Shown: piece after piece, positions 51,433 to 63,461 of the stretch
Position numbering within the stretch: position 1 is the stretch's first letter
Layout of the letters: every line of letters starts with the position of its first letter
Source of the DNA: Mobula hypostoma
Lineage: Eukaryota
Assembly (NCBI RefSeq): GCF_963921235.1
Contig: NC_086118.1
Location: 17,362,001-17,426,000 of the forward strand
Direction: 5' to 3'
DNA length: 64,000 nt
Translations under genes and position numbers: made by a program
The notes under the pieces: model-generated
Seen by the model: the letters and a program-made list of their open reading frames with translations, nothing else
Told to the model about the DNA's origin: nothing
Databases searched by the model: none

Positions 51433-53785
51433 AAATGCTGAGATACAATAAAATTACAGAAAACAGCTAAGATTTAGGAAAAATATGAATGATCAATTCT
51501 GTTCGAGGACACTGTGTTGAAAAATCATTTTACTTGTTTCTGAGTCAGGCACCAAGGAAAACTAAAATAGGTTGCTCGTGCTGGAAAAGCTATGTGAAAA
51601 GTTCATTCTGCTGAAAGTCATCCTTTGTCATCTATGAATGTATATTGTAGAAGAGCATGCATTGTGATCTTGACGATACTATTGCCAACAAATAGCATTT
51701 AATCGAAAACTAGAATAAAATAGATAGCATTTCATATTGGTTCCAAGTGCATTTTGGGTCAATTTTACAGAGATTCCCCAGCTGTCTCTTACGTTTTTCA
51801 AAAAAAAAATGCTGCTCAGAAAACCTCTTTCCCAGCATTATGACTCTTCTTCTTCTTGGATAAGGTTTAGATTGTGGAAGACTGCAGTTGAAATCCTTAT
51901 CCTGAGAGCAGTGATGCCCCCTACTGACCTGCAAAGAGATGAATTTCCATCACCACAACCAAAGCAAATGTTGAATCCTTAAATTGAAATTAAATTTCGG
52001 TTTCTCCCAATGCAGGTAAGAACTTCAGAATTTGGCTAGACTGTGCACACAGTAGTGGCTTAACAACCTATAGAATACCAACAATAATATAAAGCCAAAA
52101 CAGGCTTGCAGATAAATGAGGCATATCTTGTTTCAGTATAGCTGACATCACCTCTTTAAGTAACGAAAAATGTGATCCATGTTGTTACAACATGGAAAAT
52201 GCCTTCTTATCTCTATAAGAAGGCACTTTCTAAATTTGTTCTATATGAGACATGTAGATCGCTATTAAACCTATGGTACCACAGGAGATATCACAGAGAG
52301 AAGTGAGATATAAAATAGCATTCTTAATTTTCTCAGTGATTATTTAATCATCAGCCTTCTCTTCGAAATCCTAGTGATGGTAAATAGACATTCCTTACTT
52401 TCTGCAATGTTATAATTAAATTATATTTTTGAACATGATGTGGCAGCAATAATTCATGCCAGTAATGTTGATACATAATACAATATCCTGCCAAGCCGAA
52501 ATAGGTTATTACAAATGTTGTTAAAATAGGCTCCTGCGAATAATGGTCACTCAACATTTGACTGGACTGCATTCAGAAGAAATAGCATGAGGAAAATGCA
52601 ATATTGTATCATGGCGCCAATTCTAATAGGTTATAATTTTTAGTACTTGAATTGGCAATGCACAGAAGACTGAACTAAGTGTGGGTGCATATGATTAATA
52701 TGGATGGGTATTTGATGGTTGGCATTGACAGGATAAGTCAAAAGGTTGCTTTTGTGCTGAATGACTCAATAAGTACTGTATAAAAAAAGCTAATGAATTT
52801 TAAATAGTTGACTTTTTTACAGAAAAATTACTTCTATTGCATTAATTCCAGAATAATACCTCTTCTCTGCTGCAGGCAATATATCTGTTTTGAATTAGTT
52901 GTTTCTAATATATGTTGTCAATGGAGGCTCAGTCTTTGAGTTGTTTCTGCTAATTCTAAATGAAAGGAATTAAAAAAACAAAGCAAAAAAATCATTGCAC
53001 CCACCATTCAAGCTTTGCGCAAAATCATTTTGGATCACTAACTGGAATGCACAGTGATTGTGTGAAACACTCCTGAAGTTCAATAGGTTTTGCCTTGTGA
53101 CAGTTCAAAGAATTTTACATCCTCCCTAAACATTAAGGAATTAATTTGTCTTATCACCCTGTAATTATTTCAATCAGAAAACATGACATTCTATATATGA
53201 AAATTTTTGAAGTTGTTCTGTACTAATATTCTGTACTATAAATTATAATGAAATATCATTGCTAGCACAGATGATACTTAAATCAACTGTTTTGACATGA
53301 TCACAGCTGGTTTATCAGTGGTGACCTCACATGTAAGGTAAATTGCAAGTGACCCTGCTTGTGCAAGGAAAAGCTGCAGTGATTGTTGCAAGGTCTGCTA
53401 CTCATCACTTTCCAATAGTCCTTCACATTGTGAGAAGTTGATGACAGCTTGCACGATGTTTTCATGGTTGGCACGTGAGCACCAACAAACCTGGAGGATG
53501 GATTTTCCCTTCCCTGCTGACCTGGAACCAAACATTTCTTCTAAAATTAAAAATTCCTGAATTGTACATGAACCAAATGTGTACAGTCTTTTCCAGGTTT
53601 ATTTTATCAATAAACAAAAGATTTGATTCAGGATCCTTCATAGAGCTCTGGTAAATAAGGAATAGGTCGTATCTTGTTGATTCTCTTTTAGTGCATTCCT
53701 GGAGAAGAAGAAATTGTTGGATCTCTGATTATCTTCTGATCCTTAGGGTTCTTTTGGGAGTCAAAAATGGCAAGCAGTTTTAATT

Positions 53786-53941
53786 AACACACATCAAAGT
53801 TGCTGGTGAACGCAGCAGTCCAGGCAACATCTTTAGGAATCCACTGTACCTCTTCCTAGAGATGCTGCCTGGCCTGCTGCGTTCACCAGCGACTTTGATG
53901 TGTGTTGCTTGAATTTCCAGCATCTGCAGAATTCCTCGTGT
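53786..53941. mobile_element. Young PLE-derived mini fold-back element with 14-bp TSD
   Basis: Nearly identical to the terminus of the 11829-18404 element; TSD aagcagttttaatt (53772-53785) / aagcagtttcaatt (53942-53955). Confidence 0.9.
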
Positions 53942-55477
53942 AAGCAGTTTCAATTCCAAGATTTCAGTTTACTTTAGAGTACAAACAAATATACAAATAC
54001 TAAGCAAACTAAAATAAGGAACTGGGAAACGATGCTAAGGGGTGTAAGACAAAAGAATGAAGATGGCATTTCTGAAAAATCTATCACTTTTATGGATAAG
54101 ATTAGGGCAATTCCTTAGATAGGATTGAATTAGTTAATAGGTTACATAATTAAAACAATTACATCACTTGGGTAATGTGCTAATACTTAGCCAATGAAAA
54201 ATGAGAAAGGTGACAAACCGTTAGTTTGACTGCCCTACCACTTTCTGCCAGTGAGTGTGAAAAACATGAGTTTGTTAAAAAGTACAAATATTATAAAAAG
54301 TATTATAGAAAAAATGTAGTTTCCAACGGAATGAAAGTTGTATCAATGGGCTACCTGCCATGATAGTTTACAGAGTTGAATGTGGGATATTTTTGGGAAA
54401 ATGTAGTGAACAAAATCCACCATTAATCAGATTATATTCGAAGGGAAACAGTTGGCTGCTTTCCTAAGATGACTTGATACAGCTTCTGTAATTTAGAACT
54501 TAAAGCTATAATAAAACACCATCTTGACATTGGAATATAACCAAGTATACCCACTGCACCTATGAACCTGATAATCAGGCAATCTCTGCCACCTTCCATA
54601 CGATGTTATGCAGTGTTCTTTTGCATGACAGCTGGAGGGCTCATGCTGTTTTGCTGCAAATAACACTAAATCTGTGTTGTCATTCAACATAGAAAAAGTA
54701 AAACATAACTCAGTATCTGAACTTAAAGCTAGAGGTGTGTCAGGATGTAAAATAAGTCCTGACCCAAACATGAATCAACCATTCTGACCCAAAGGACTTA
54801 CTTCTGGATTCAGTACCCAGTAGAACCCAACATACACAGTCAATCCAGTAAAACTTGGGTCAGGTACAGTGTAATTAGTGACACTTCTTCAAAACTCGGT
54901 TGGTCAGTTCGATTACTTCTAATAGTACCGAGCGTCAGTACATCTACTTATATAGAGTAAGCCTGGCCAAACACAATCCCGCACGCAAGTTCTTTCACAT
55001 GTGTGGAAATTGGAGCAGTAACTTATTCCTCTGAAAGGCATGGTTTCACTGGACAGTTAGAGTCCATCCTGCCTTGGACTGAGGATCCACTGCAAGGAGA
55101 TCATATTGCTGCACACAGCTGTTATTGCAAGTCCCTCAGTGTAATGATTCTTCCCCAGCTTCTGAGAAGTGTGTCTGTACCTGAGTGTTAAAAACACAGA
55201 GGAGGGTCATTTAGCCCAATGCGCACATACCAGCTCTCTGAAAGATTCAGCCCGTCCTTTGTTCCTTTCCTTTTTCATTTTACATTTTTCTTTTCATGTT
55301 TATTTCCCATTTTCTTTACAAAAGCTCTTAACTGCTGTTTATGGTAATAGGATACATTTCAGCAACCTCTGATAATGCATAAAACTTAGATTTTCCCAAA
55401 TTTTTGTTGATAGTCTTATATTTATACCTATGGATTACTACTTGACCAACTGATGAAAGTAATACTTGTATAATTTG

Positions 55478-55760
55478 AGACCATAAGATATAGGAGTAGA
55501 ATTAGGCTGTTTGGGTCTGCTCCGCCATTTAAACATGTCTGATCCATTTTCCCTCTCAGTCCCAATCTCCTGTATTCTCCCAGTATCCCTTCATGCCCTG
55601 ACTAATCAAGAATCTATCAACCTCTGCCTTAAATATACCTGATAACTTGTCCTCCACAGCTGCCTGTGGCAATGAATTCCACAGGTTCATCACTGTCTGG
55701 CTAAAGAAATTCCTCCTCATTTCCATTCTGAAAGGACGCCCCTCTATTCTGAGACTATTT
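55478..55760 (-). mobile_element. CR1 3' end (same family as the 26438 tail)
   Basis: gaccataagatataggagtagaattaggc...ctgctccgccatt... matches 26445-26730. Confidence 0.8.
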
Positions 55761-57340
55761 CACTCTTAACCTTCTTTGTTCTGATGCAAAGAGTCTCACA
55801 GTCTGTGTAGAGTGTGTGTACAAGAGCAAATCTTCTTTGCTGTTCTCATCTGAGCTTTATCTTTTATGATATTCTTTTTCAAAATTGGAGCCAAATGCTG
55901 TAAATGGTACTCTGGTGCGTTAACTGATAGCTTCTTTAACACTGATGTTTCCTTGTTGTACTTTATGCTCTTGGCTCTAAAATCATACGTCCCATGTGTT
56001 CCCATTATACTAATCATCTCATCAACCTACTTTTTTGGATTTGTGTATCAGTATCCCTTAAGTCTGCCAGCTCTTTTATAGCTTTTAGAAGTTTGGCCAT
56101 GTACTGATATGTCTTCATTTTAGCTTTGATCATGGAACAGCTCTGTGACTGATCGATCCACTGCAAACACTTGTCTTCTCATTTATCCACAGCCGCTTCC
56201 ATTGGCCTGGAGGCCTACACTCCATGGTCCTCTGGTAAGTAGGAGTGAGCCATGATGGATGACCAAACCTCAGGTGATGGGAGGTGTTTAGTGCTGTGAG
56301 AAGAACTTAGAGTTTTAAATGTATTTAAACTATGTTTTTTAAATTGAAATATGATTTAATGTCTACATTAAACACCAGTAAGTTAATTAAAAACATGTGC
56401 AGAAAGGACTGTAATACTGACCAGTGTAAAGCCCTCAACTCAACACGGTTCAATCCATAGACACACTGAATATTGCCAGGCACTAGGACAGTAGCTCACT
56501 TTAGAATTGTTGCCCTTGATATGGTATGGCTCATTAAGTTTTTTCTGATGTCCAAACACAAAATTTACTTTTTTTCAGTGCCATATGTGCATTGAAATTG
56601 TGTAGTTTCTTCAGTTTATTACGAATAAATTGCTAACTTCATATTTTTATATTCTGTCCATTCTGTTTAAGGGTCTTATGGGTTGATTATATGTATAATG
56701 TCCCTAAGGCTCTGAACAAACTGATTTACAATTCTCCAACCTAACAAACATCATTAACTGAAGACAGTAGGGGTATAAGTCTATGTTTTTTTTCTTTAAT
56801 CAGTTCATTCCTTTTGATAGTGTGTGACTTGATTTTACCAACCATCTCCAATGTGACAGCTGATTAAATTATGTTCGAACTTCTATATGCATAAGGTTTG
56901 TAATTTCTTAAAAGTAATGTATTTATAATTTCCTCAAATAATCTTTCAATATTTTCCACACAAATTTACTTTGGCACATGAACTGGATATCCTCAATTAG
57001 CTTTTGTCATTCTAAATGAATATGAATGATATATTTTATTATCGGGAATCACTAGTGTGCTAACTGATAATTTGGTGTATCCATCTGCATTTTGAATAAA
57101 AATTTTATGCTGCGATCCCTCCAAACTTACTATTGTTTGGCCATAATCCATGTTGTTTAATTATAGGCTTCCCTTCGTATTTTAGGATGTATGCCATTAG
57201 GGCTTGGTATAAGCAATTTTCCTCAGTACCACTTCCTTGTAATAACCAGATAATTGGATCATTGCTGTTTCATGAACCAAAATACAGTGAAAAAATTTGT
57301 TTTGCATCCCAGCTGGACAGGTCATTCCAAACATAAGTAT

Positions 57341-58153
57341 TGTCACGTACCCCGTGACAGATTAAAGAACCAGCAGAGATGGAAAACACTTTGGAGTCCA
57401 GTATTACTATTAACTAATAATATTTATTAGTAACTATGCAAGGCAGTAATATAAATGCAGATAAATCAAACAGGTTAGCAATGATTATATATAAGTAAGT
57501 GTGGAAATATATGAAAACCAAGCTTCTTCAAGTCTAGGGGTAAATAGATAATGAGTAAAGTTTAGTTCAGTTCGTGGTATTGAGTTGAGTAGTGATGGAG
57601 AGAGAGAGAGATTTGAGTCTTCAGGTGAGCTGATGCTGTCGATCTTCCCGCTGTCCTCTGAATTCCTTTAAAGGTCACCAACTGTGACCGCAACAAAGGG
57701 GACCGTTCTTCTGTGGCGGAGCTATCTACCCAGGTGAGGGTTGGTCACAAGTAACTCCGCATTGGTCACTTCCTTTTCACACTGCAAGAGCCACTGATCG
57801 ATCCGCCTGATCGATCCTCCAAAAACCCACTCTTTCTGTGGGCACAACAAAGCTCATTCAGTGTCCAAAATCATGTATTGCAGGTCTATCATCTGACCTC
57901 TTATTTATCTCACTATACTGAGTACCAACTGTCTCTCAAGACAACTCCTCTATCCTTTCTCTGTGTAAGAATGCACTAGCATGCCATGTCCTTGGAGAAA
58001 GTATAAACAACCAGTGAGCAATCTTTGTCTCTCTCTCTCTTAAAAAACAAGATGTCGGTGTTAAATATCTCTCTCTCTTTCTCTCTTTTCAAAAGCACAG
58101 TTCATAGGGGTAATTGAGCACAGTTTATAGAGCTAATTCAGGACCCTGTCACA
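57341..58153 (-). mobile_element. Solo LTR (813 bp) with 4-bp TSD
   Basis: TGT...ACA termini; gtat duplicated at 57337-57340 and 58154-58157; AATAAA on the minus strand at ~57423. Confidence 0.75.
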
Positions 58154-58439
58154 GTATACTGTGGCAATGCCAAGGGAAAAGCACAACTGAATGCAGAATA
58201 GAGTGTTACAATTACAGAGGTAATGCAGGTCTCTGCAAAGCAATCTCCCAACCTGCAAAAGATTTCTTCAGATTAACTTCTACCACAAATGCATTATTCT
58301 AAATTGAGAGAGACACCAATGGATCACTGTTTTATCATGGAGGGTTTCGATTTCTAGATGGCGCAAAGGGGAAGGATGAAAATAGTTGTGCGGGAAGATG
58401 CATTGAGAAGAAGAAGGGATAGAGATGGAGGGATAAAGA

Positions 58440-58730
58440 TCTTCAAAAGATGAGCTTTATTTGACACATATACACCAAAACATACCAAGGGCATCGTTTA
58501 TGTCAAATCAAATCAGCGAGGATTATGGTTAGCAGCCTACAAGAGTCGCCATGCTTCTGATGCCAGCATAACATACCGACAGCTCACCAACCCTGACCGT
58601 ACATCTACGGAACATGGGAGGAAAGCAGAGTGCCTAGAGAAACCCATGTGGTCATGTGGTCCATATAGACAGTGGCGGGAATTAAACTCCAATCTCACAG
58701 CTGGCGCTGCAACGTAACCACTTGCGATGC
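58440..58730 (-). mobile_element. V-SINE variant with a different 3' tail
   Basis: V-domain-like tgggaggaaagcagagtgcc and B-box-like gggaattaaactcc on the minus strand; the tail differs from the other V-SINEs. Confidence 0.6.
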
Positions 58731-59044
58731 TGCGGAACTTACATACTTTAAAATATGGAATCTGATAGGGTTGAACGTAAAGACAAGGATAATGTTCTCC
58801 TGGTTTTGGGTGGGAGGAGACACAGTTGGAGCAGAATTGAGTGAAATGGAACCAAAGTGGTTGTGAGCCTTGTCAAATATAGAGGAGAAGAAACTCCAGT
58901 TAGGCAAAAAGGAAGACAGTTGGCAATTATGGTTTTCTATAAAAGACGGAAAATGAAAACAGTGAGAACTAATGAAGTTTTGTCTATTCTATCATAAAAT
59001 GTTATAATAAAATCTAATTGTCATTTGTATGGCCGGCATGAGTG

Positions 59045-59555
59045 ACAGAAAATGCTCTCCTTCTGGTAAAAAAAAATGCTTCTCCCCCTCCCCTCCCTTT
59101 TTCCTCTATTCTCCACACTTACCTCTTCTCAGTTGCCTATCACTCCTCCCTGGATCTCTTCCTCCTTCCCTTTCTTCTATGGTCCACTCTTCTCTCCTAT
59201 CCAATTCCTTCCTCTGCAGCCCCTTGGCTTTCCTACCCACCTGGCTTCACCCATCACCTCCCAGCTAGCCTCCTTCCTCTCCTCCCATCTTTTTATTCTG
59301 GTGTCTTCCCCCTTCCTTCTCAGTCCTGAAGAAGGGTCTCAGCCTGAAACATTGACTGTTTATTCATTTCCATAGATGATGCCATTTTAGTTTAAAAAAA
59401 TCGTGTTCTTTCAGGTTTCTTGCTTTGAGGCTGCCTGTAAGCAAACAAATCTCAAGGTTGTATCATTTATACTGTGAAACTTTTGAAACCTATTGAGTTC
59501 CTCTAGCATTTTGTATTTGTTGCTTTGGATTTCCAGCAGCAGCAGACTTTCCCAA
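59045..59555 (+). mobile_element. Older PLE 3' end (pyrimidine-rich UTR, hammerhead motif, tail) interrupted at ~59385-59490
   Basis: Colinear with 17990-18404; hammerhead at 59321-59358; tail ggatttccagcagcagcagac at ~59527. Confidence 0.75.
59321..59358 (+). ncRNA. Hammerhead motif, older PLE subfamily
   Basis: CAGUC-CUGAAGA-AGG-GUCUCAG-CCU-GAAA-CA-UU-GACUG; 5-bp stem I and core kept, helix III palindrome lost. Confidence 0.6.
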
Positions 59556-60214
59556 GTTTATAGAAAAGTGTTGTTTAGTTAGCTTACCAAATGTTTCTGA
59601 AGCGCATTTCACTAGTTTTAGCCCAAGTATACTGTTGCGGTGTATGTCTGAGTGTAGATACTGTATGTATCTAATCCCTGTGTCTTTTATTAATATGCAG
59701 TCCAGCTCTGGGTACACAGAGTCTGAAACATTCAGTCAGCCTACTTGTAAGGAAACATCCTGAGACAACCTGATAGAGAAGAACAAAAGACCTTTCATAG
59801 GACAGAAGTTGATGCTCAGACAACAAAACAGTGTGTGATCTGATTTGCTTGTTTGAATGACTTCATGTTCCTCCAGGCATCCATTTGCAAACATTGCAAC
59901 ATTCTCTTTTCCCAGAAGCATAAAATTGCAATAATACTTGAGAAATGATAATGTTTAAGCAAATAAAGATTGTTATGGTATTGGGTTTGCCCACGATAAA
60001 TTAGATATTTCTCCAAAGGCTGTCCGTTTTTCATTGAAGTTGAATTACAGTTTGGTTGTTGGTGGAGATTTTTGCAATGATTATGTACAGCAGGCACTCT
60101 ATCATATTGTCTACAAATAATCAGATAAAGAAAGTGGATGATCATGTTACGGTGAGTTTTCGTGTTGTACCATTTTGTGGAGCTATGACCAATGAAGTTT
60201 TATACATAAAGGCC

Positions 60215-60515
60215 TTCCCCACTACTCAATCCCTTTCTCTTGAGATCCGCTGCCCTCTCCTGTTGGGTTCCTTCTTCTCCAGCGCTTGATGTTCCCACCC
60301 ACCTGACTTCACCTATTACCTTCCAGCTAGCCTCGTTCCCCTCTCCAACTTTTTTTAACTTTGGCATCTTCTCCTCTTCTTTCTCAGTAGTGAAGGAGGG
60401 TCTCGGTCTGAAATGTCAACTGTTTATTCATTTTCTTAGATGCTTCCTGTCCTCCTGTGTTCCTCCAGCATTTTGTGTGTGTATTGCTTTGGATTTCCAG
60501 CATCTGCAGACTTCC
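60215..60515 (+). mobile_element. Older PLE 3' end with degenerate hammerhead (60385-60422)
   Basis: agggtctcggtctgaaatgtcaactg; tail ggatttccagcatctgcagac. Confidence 0.7.
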
Positions 60516-61539
60516 TTAAGGTGTTAAACATGCTCAATTTGGCAGCGGTATCAACTTACTCTACCTTCATTATTGGTGGCTCCTTATTAAGTCCACCTTC
60601 CTGGAATTACCCTCCACTTTTTCTGTATCCCTGCTTCTGACCCATCTTTCAGTTCTCAATACCAGCTTACCAATTCTTCAACCCCTTTCCCATCTGCGTG
60701 TTTATTAGTTCCCTTTTCTCTTTATTACTGAACACTCTGGATGTCTTCCTACACTTGTATAAAACTTCATTTATATGAGCACATTGAAGTAGATAATAAA
60801 GTTGTCAACAAATCTGGCAAATCTAGAATTGCACCTAATTTTTAAATGTAACGAAGTCCTGCCAGTAGCAATTATTTTTATGGAAATGAGTCAACAATGA
60901 TGTCACCAATATTTGAGGTCATGACTGTGGTTGAAGTGCAAGCTGGAGTGATAAAAGCTTTGGCTTATTCTGTTAAACAGTCATAATACTATTTTTTGTG
61001 TCTGTGGAATAATAAATTAACAAAACTAATTTAGTAAAATTTTCAATATTTGTTCAAATGCAAGAAGCCACATCATAAGACCATAAGACCATACAAAGAA
61101 GAATAAAAGTTTAAGAAGAATAAAAATATGGTTGATGGAACTCATATGGATGCTTTTGATGTTACAACTCTGCTCAAATTCCTCCATGGTTCCACCATGC
61201 CTGACTGACTATATATATAAAAATACCTAGAATACCTATAGAGTAACATCTCTGTGATTCCTGGATTTGTCCAAATCTGGTGGATTGTTCACGAATATAT
61301 ATGACACGGAAGCTGAACATTCCCAGTTCCATGGTTGGCTGCCAAGATTCATCGCACCCTGAGACTCACAGCAAAATGAATGCAGGTACCTGGTGGCAGG
61401 TGGTTGCTGGTAGTAATCCTCTGTTTTAAGGTTGTCCCTGCATTCTGCTCTGTACACTGCAGTTGGGGCTTATCTGCAGAGTTACTTATATGGCTACATG
61501 GCAGCAATGCAGGATGAAGGAAAAGTGCCTCAGGCAGCA

Positions 61540-62125
61540 CTCGTTGCAGACATTTGGGTAGCCTCCAACATGACGAGATGAAAGAGGTGCAGTCGACATT
61601 TCAGGCCAAGACCCTTCGTCAGGTCTCGGCCTGAAACGTCGACTGCACCTCTTCCTAGAGATGCTGCCTGGCCTGCTGAGTTCACCAGCAACTTTGATGT
61701 GTGTTGCTTGAATTTCCAGCATCTGCAGAATTCCTGTTGTTTATGATGAGATGAATATCAATTTCTCCTTCTGGTAAATAATCCATCCTCCCCCCCTCCA
61801 CTTCCTCTATTCCTCACTCTGACCTTTTACTTCTTCTCACCTGCCTATAAGTCCCCCTGAGCCCCGTCCTCTTTCCCTTTCTCCTATGGTCAACTCCCTT
61901 CTCCTATCAAATTCATTCTTCTCCATCTCTTGACCTTTCCCAACCACTTGGCTTCACCTATCACCCTCCAGTTCGCCTCCTACTCTGATCCCACCAACTT
62001 TTTATTCTGGCATCTTCCCCCTTCTTTCTCAGACCTGAATAAGGGTCTCGGCCTGAAACAGCGACTGTTTATTCATTTCCTTTAATGCTGCTTGACCTGC
62101 TGAGTTCCTTCAGCACCTTGTGTGC
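61540..62125 (+). mobile_element. Older PLE 3' end (GIY-YIG C-terminus + UTR + degenerate hammerhead 62030-62067) hosting a younger PLE mini-element
   Basis: ggtagcctccaacatgacgagatgaa|tatcaatttctcc matches ggtagcctccaacctgatggcatgaacatcgacttctc (17963-18000). Confidence 0.75.
61583..61742. mobile_element. Young PLE-derived mini fold-back element with 13-bp TSD
   Basis: Arms meet at ~61621-61623 inside the hammerhead; TSD atgacgagatgaa (61570-61582) / atgatgagatgaa (61743-61755). Confidence 0.9.
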
Positions 62126-62461
62126 GTTACCTGTTGAAAAAGACAGGTCATATCACTCAGCCCTTCTCTTTTGCTGTCGGTACATTGCCACATTTCAAAC
62201 TGCATCCTCTAGTCCACTCACCACCACAGAGACATGCTTCAAACCTTTACTCACCTGCTCATACAATTACATTAACCCGCCTTACCTTGCATATGGATGA
62301 GAACCATCAATTTACTGATGGACACAAGCAACCTATCTGTACACCTGTATGACTCTAAACTCGATTAGAAGAAATATGCAAGTCAATGTTCATACTAAAA
62401 TTAAATGTTCATATATTCAACGTACTTCTTACACTCAATGTACTCCTATGACTTCCCTAAG

Positions 62462-62770
62462 TATTTATTTATTGATTGATTGATTGATTGGTTGTTATAC
62501 AGCACACAGTAAGCCCTTCTGATCCTTCAAGCCATGCTGCCCAGCAACCCTCTGAGTTTAATCCTAGCCTAATCATGGGGCAATATATAATGACCAATTA
62601 AACTACCAACCGGTGTGTCTTTGGATGGTAGGAGGAAACCAGAGCACCTGGAGGAAAGCCACACATTCACAGGGAGAACACACAAGCTCCTTACAGGCAG
62701 TAGTGGGAATTGAACCCAGGTCGCTGGTATTGTAAACACTGTGCTAACCACTATGCTACAGTGCCACCCC
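62462..62770 (-). mobile_element. V-SINE (HE1-like)
   Basis: gtctttggatggtaggaggaaaccagagcacctggagg V domain; gggaattgaaccc B box; (attg)n tail. Confidence 0.85.
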
Positions 62771-62814
62771 ATCTATGTGTTTCCTTTTTAAAGACCCTTT
62801 CGCTTTAACTAGGT

Positions 62815-63460
62815 GGCTGCAAAATGGAGCAACAAACAAAGTGCTGGAAGAACTCAAAGGATCTGGCAGTATCTGTGGAGGGAAAGAGGCAATCAGAGTT
62901 CAGATAAAGGGTCTTGTCCCACAATGCCAACTGTCCACTTGCTTTCACAACACCACTCGACCTGTTGAGACCCGCCTGAATCCAGCATCTGTAGTCTCCC
63001 GTGTGTCCATGATCAAAAGTAGGTCCTTCGTCAGAACTGAGGAGGGGAGAAAACAAGTTAGTTCTGGTGGCAGAGAAGGAGACGGAGGGATGAGTAGATC
63101 AGAAGTTTTCTCTGTCAAGGTGAGATTGAAGGAGTTGATGTGCCAGGCTTTTAAACTGTGTTACGTGTTGTAGGGTTGTGGGACATTCCCAGAAGGCTTG
63201 TCAATTCTCTTGGAAAGCACAAGAAAAGTCACAGGGGTTTGTTTGGCAGAACTATACAGTTCTGATACAGGCAAGAAAGAAGGAACACGTTCCCTTAGTG
63301 TGAAACTGAGCTAGAAGGTTACAAAGCGCTCAGATGGAAGTGGAGGTGTTTTCTCTTAGGCTTGTATTGGGCCTTGTTATAATAATGCAGAGAGGTCAGA
63401 GTCCGAGTGGGGCAGAGACATAAAATGGAAGGCAACAGTAAAGTCATGTTGTCCTTATAG
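62815..63460. mobile_element. Cluster of old PLE remnants (fold-back ends and a minus-strand GIY-YIG region)
   Basis: gtgctggaagaactca, tccagcatctgtagtc and ccttcgtcag motifs; 63340-63460 weakly resembles 12320-12455. Confidence 0.45.
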
Positions 63461-63461
63461 A

